Assembly: GCA_010093605.1 (NCBI GenBank)
Contig: MU004197.1
Span: 992,001-1,056,000 of the forward strand
Length of the DNA: 64,000 bases
Source of the DNA: Lophium mytilinum
Taxonomy: Eukaryota
Reading direction: 5' to 3'
Shown: positions 63,985 to 64,000 of the stretch, piece by piece
Numbering within the stretch: the first letter of the stretch is position 1
Layout of the letters: each line of letters begins with the position of its first letter
Translations under genes and position numbers: made by a program
The notes under the pieces: model-generated
Told to the model about the DNA's origin: nothing
What the model saw: only the letters and a program-made list of their open reading frames with translations
Database searches by the model: none

Positions 63985-64000
63985 ATGCCGCCGACGTCCA
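63985..64000 (+). CDS. Possible start of the next gene (MPPTS...), preceded by a 5'UTR intron
   Basis: Pyrimidine-rich leader at 63.35-63.85 kb. Intron-like GTATGA (63858)...CTAAT...CCAG (63971), then CACATGCCGCCGACG. Only 5 codons are visible. Confidence 0.35.

Noticed and set aside
1..64000. tRNA/5S genes and TGA-CTA readthrough PTS1 signals
   Set aside because: The GGTTCGA hits I checked (e.g. ~5620, ~30158, ~60576) lack a cloverleaf context. The gene stops I checked are not in a TGA-CTA context and are not followed by a short SKL-type extension.

Overview
This is eukaryotic DNA from a filamentous ascomycete (Pezizomycotina; Dothideomycete-like by inference), with short GT-AG introns and CTRAC/CTAAC branch sites. 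About 22 protein-coding loci are supportable. The conserved housekeeping genes are: the probable start of histone H2A.Z, striatin, WDR70, EPL1, an RKM4/SETD6-like methyltransferase, KAE1, the SNF1 beta subunit, PTH, LTV1 and LSG1 (head-to-head), glutathione synthetase, a DUF4203-like membrane protein, an ERF4/GOLGA7-like protein and a peroxisomal acyl-CoA dehydrogenase. Accessory-type genes lie between them: a laccase, three F-box-like proteins, a GPCR-like membrane protein, a GFA/CENP-V protein and a HET-domain protein. The most unusual items are: (i) a non-coding ~175-bp tandem array (3.6 units, 50.95-51.62 kb) with invariant blocks separated by fixed-length variable segments; (ii) next to it, a secreted Cys-rich gene with two repeated domains, interrupted by one frameshift and one in-frame TGA; (iii) an ERF4-like gene with a long AUG-less in-frame N-terminal extension overlapped by an out-of-frame AUG ORF; (iv) two F-box paralogs 18 kb apart that share a 5'UTR intron junction. 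No rRNA, tRNA, CRISPR array or intact transposase was recognised. All calls are by eye and from memory of protein families; no searches were run.
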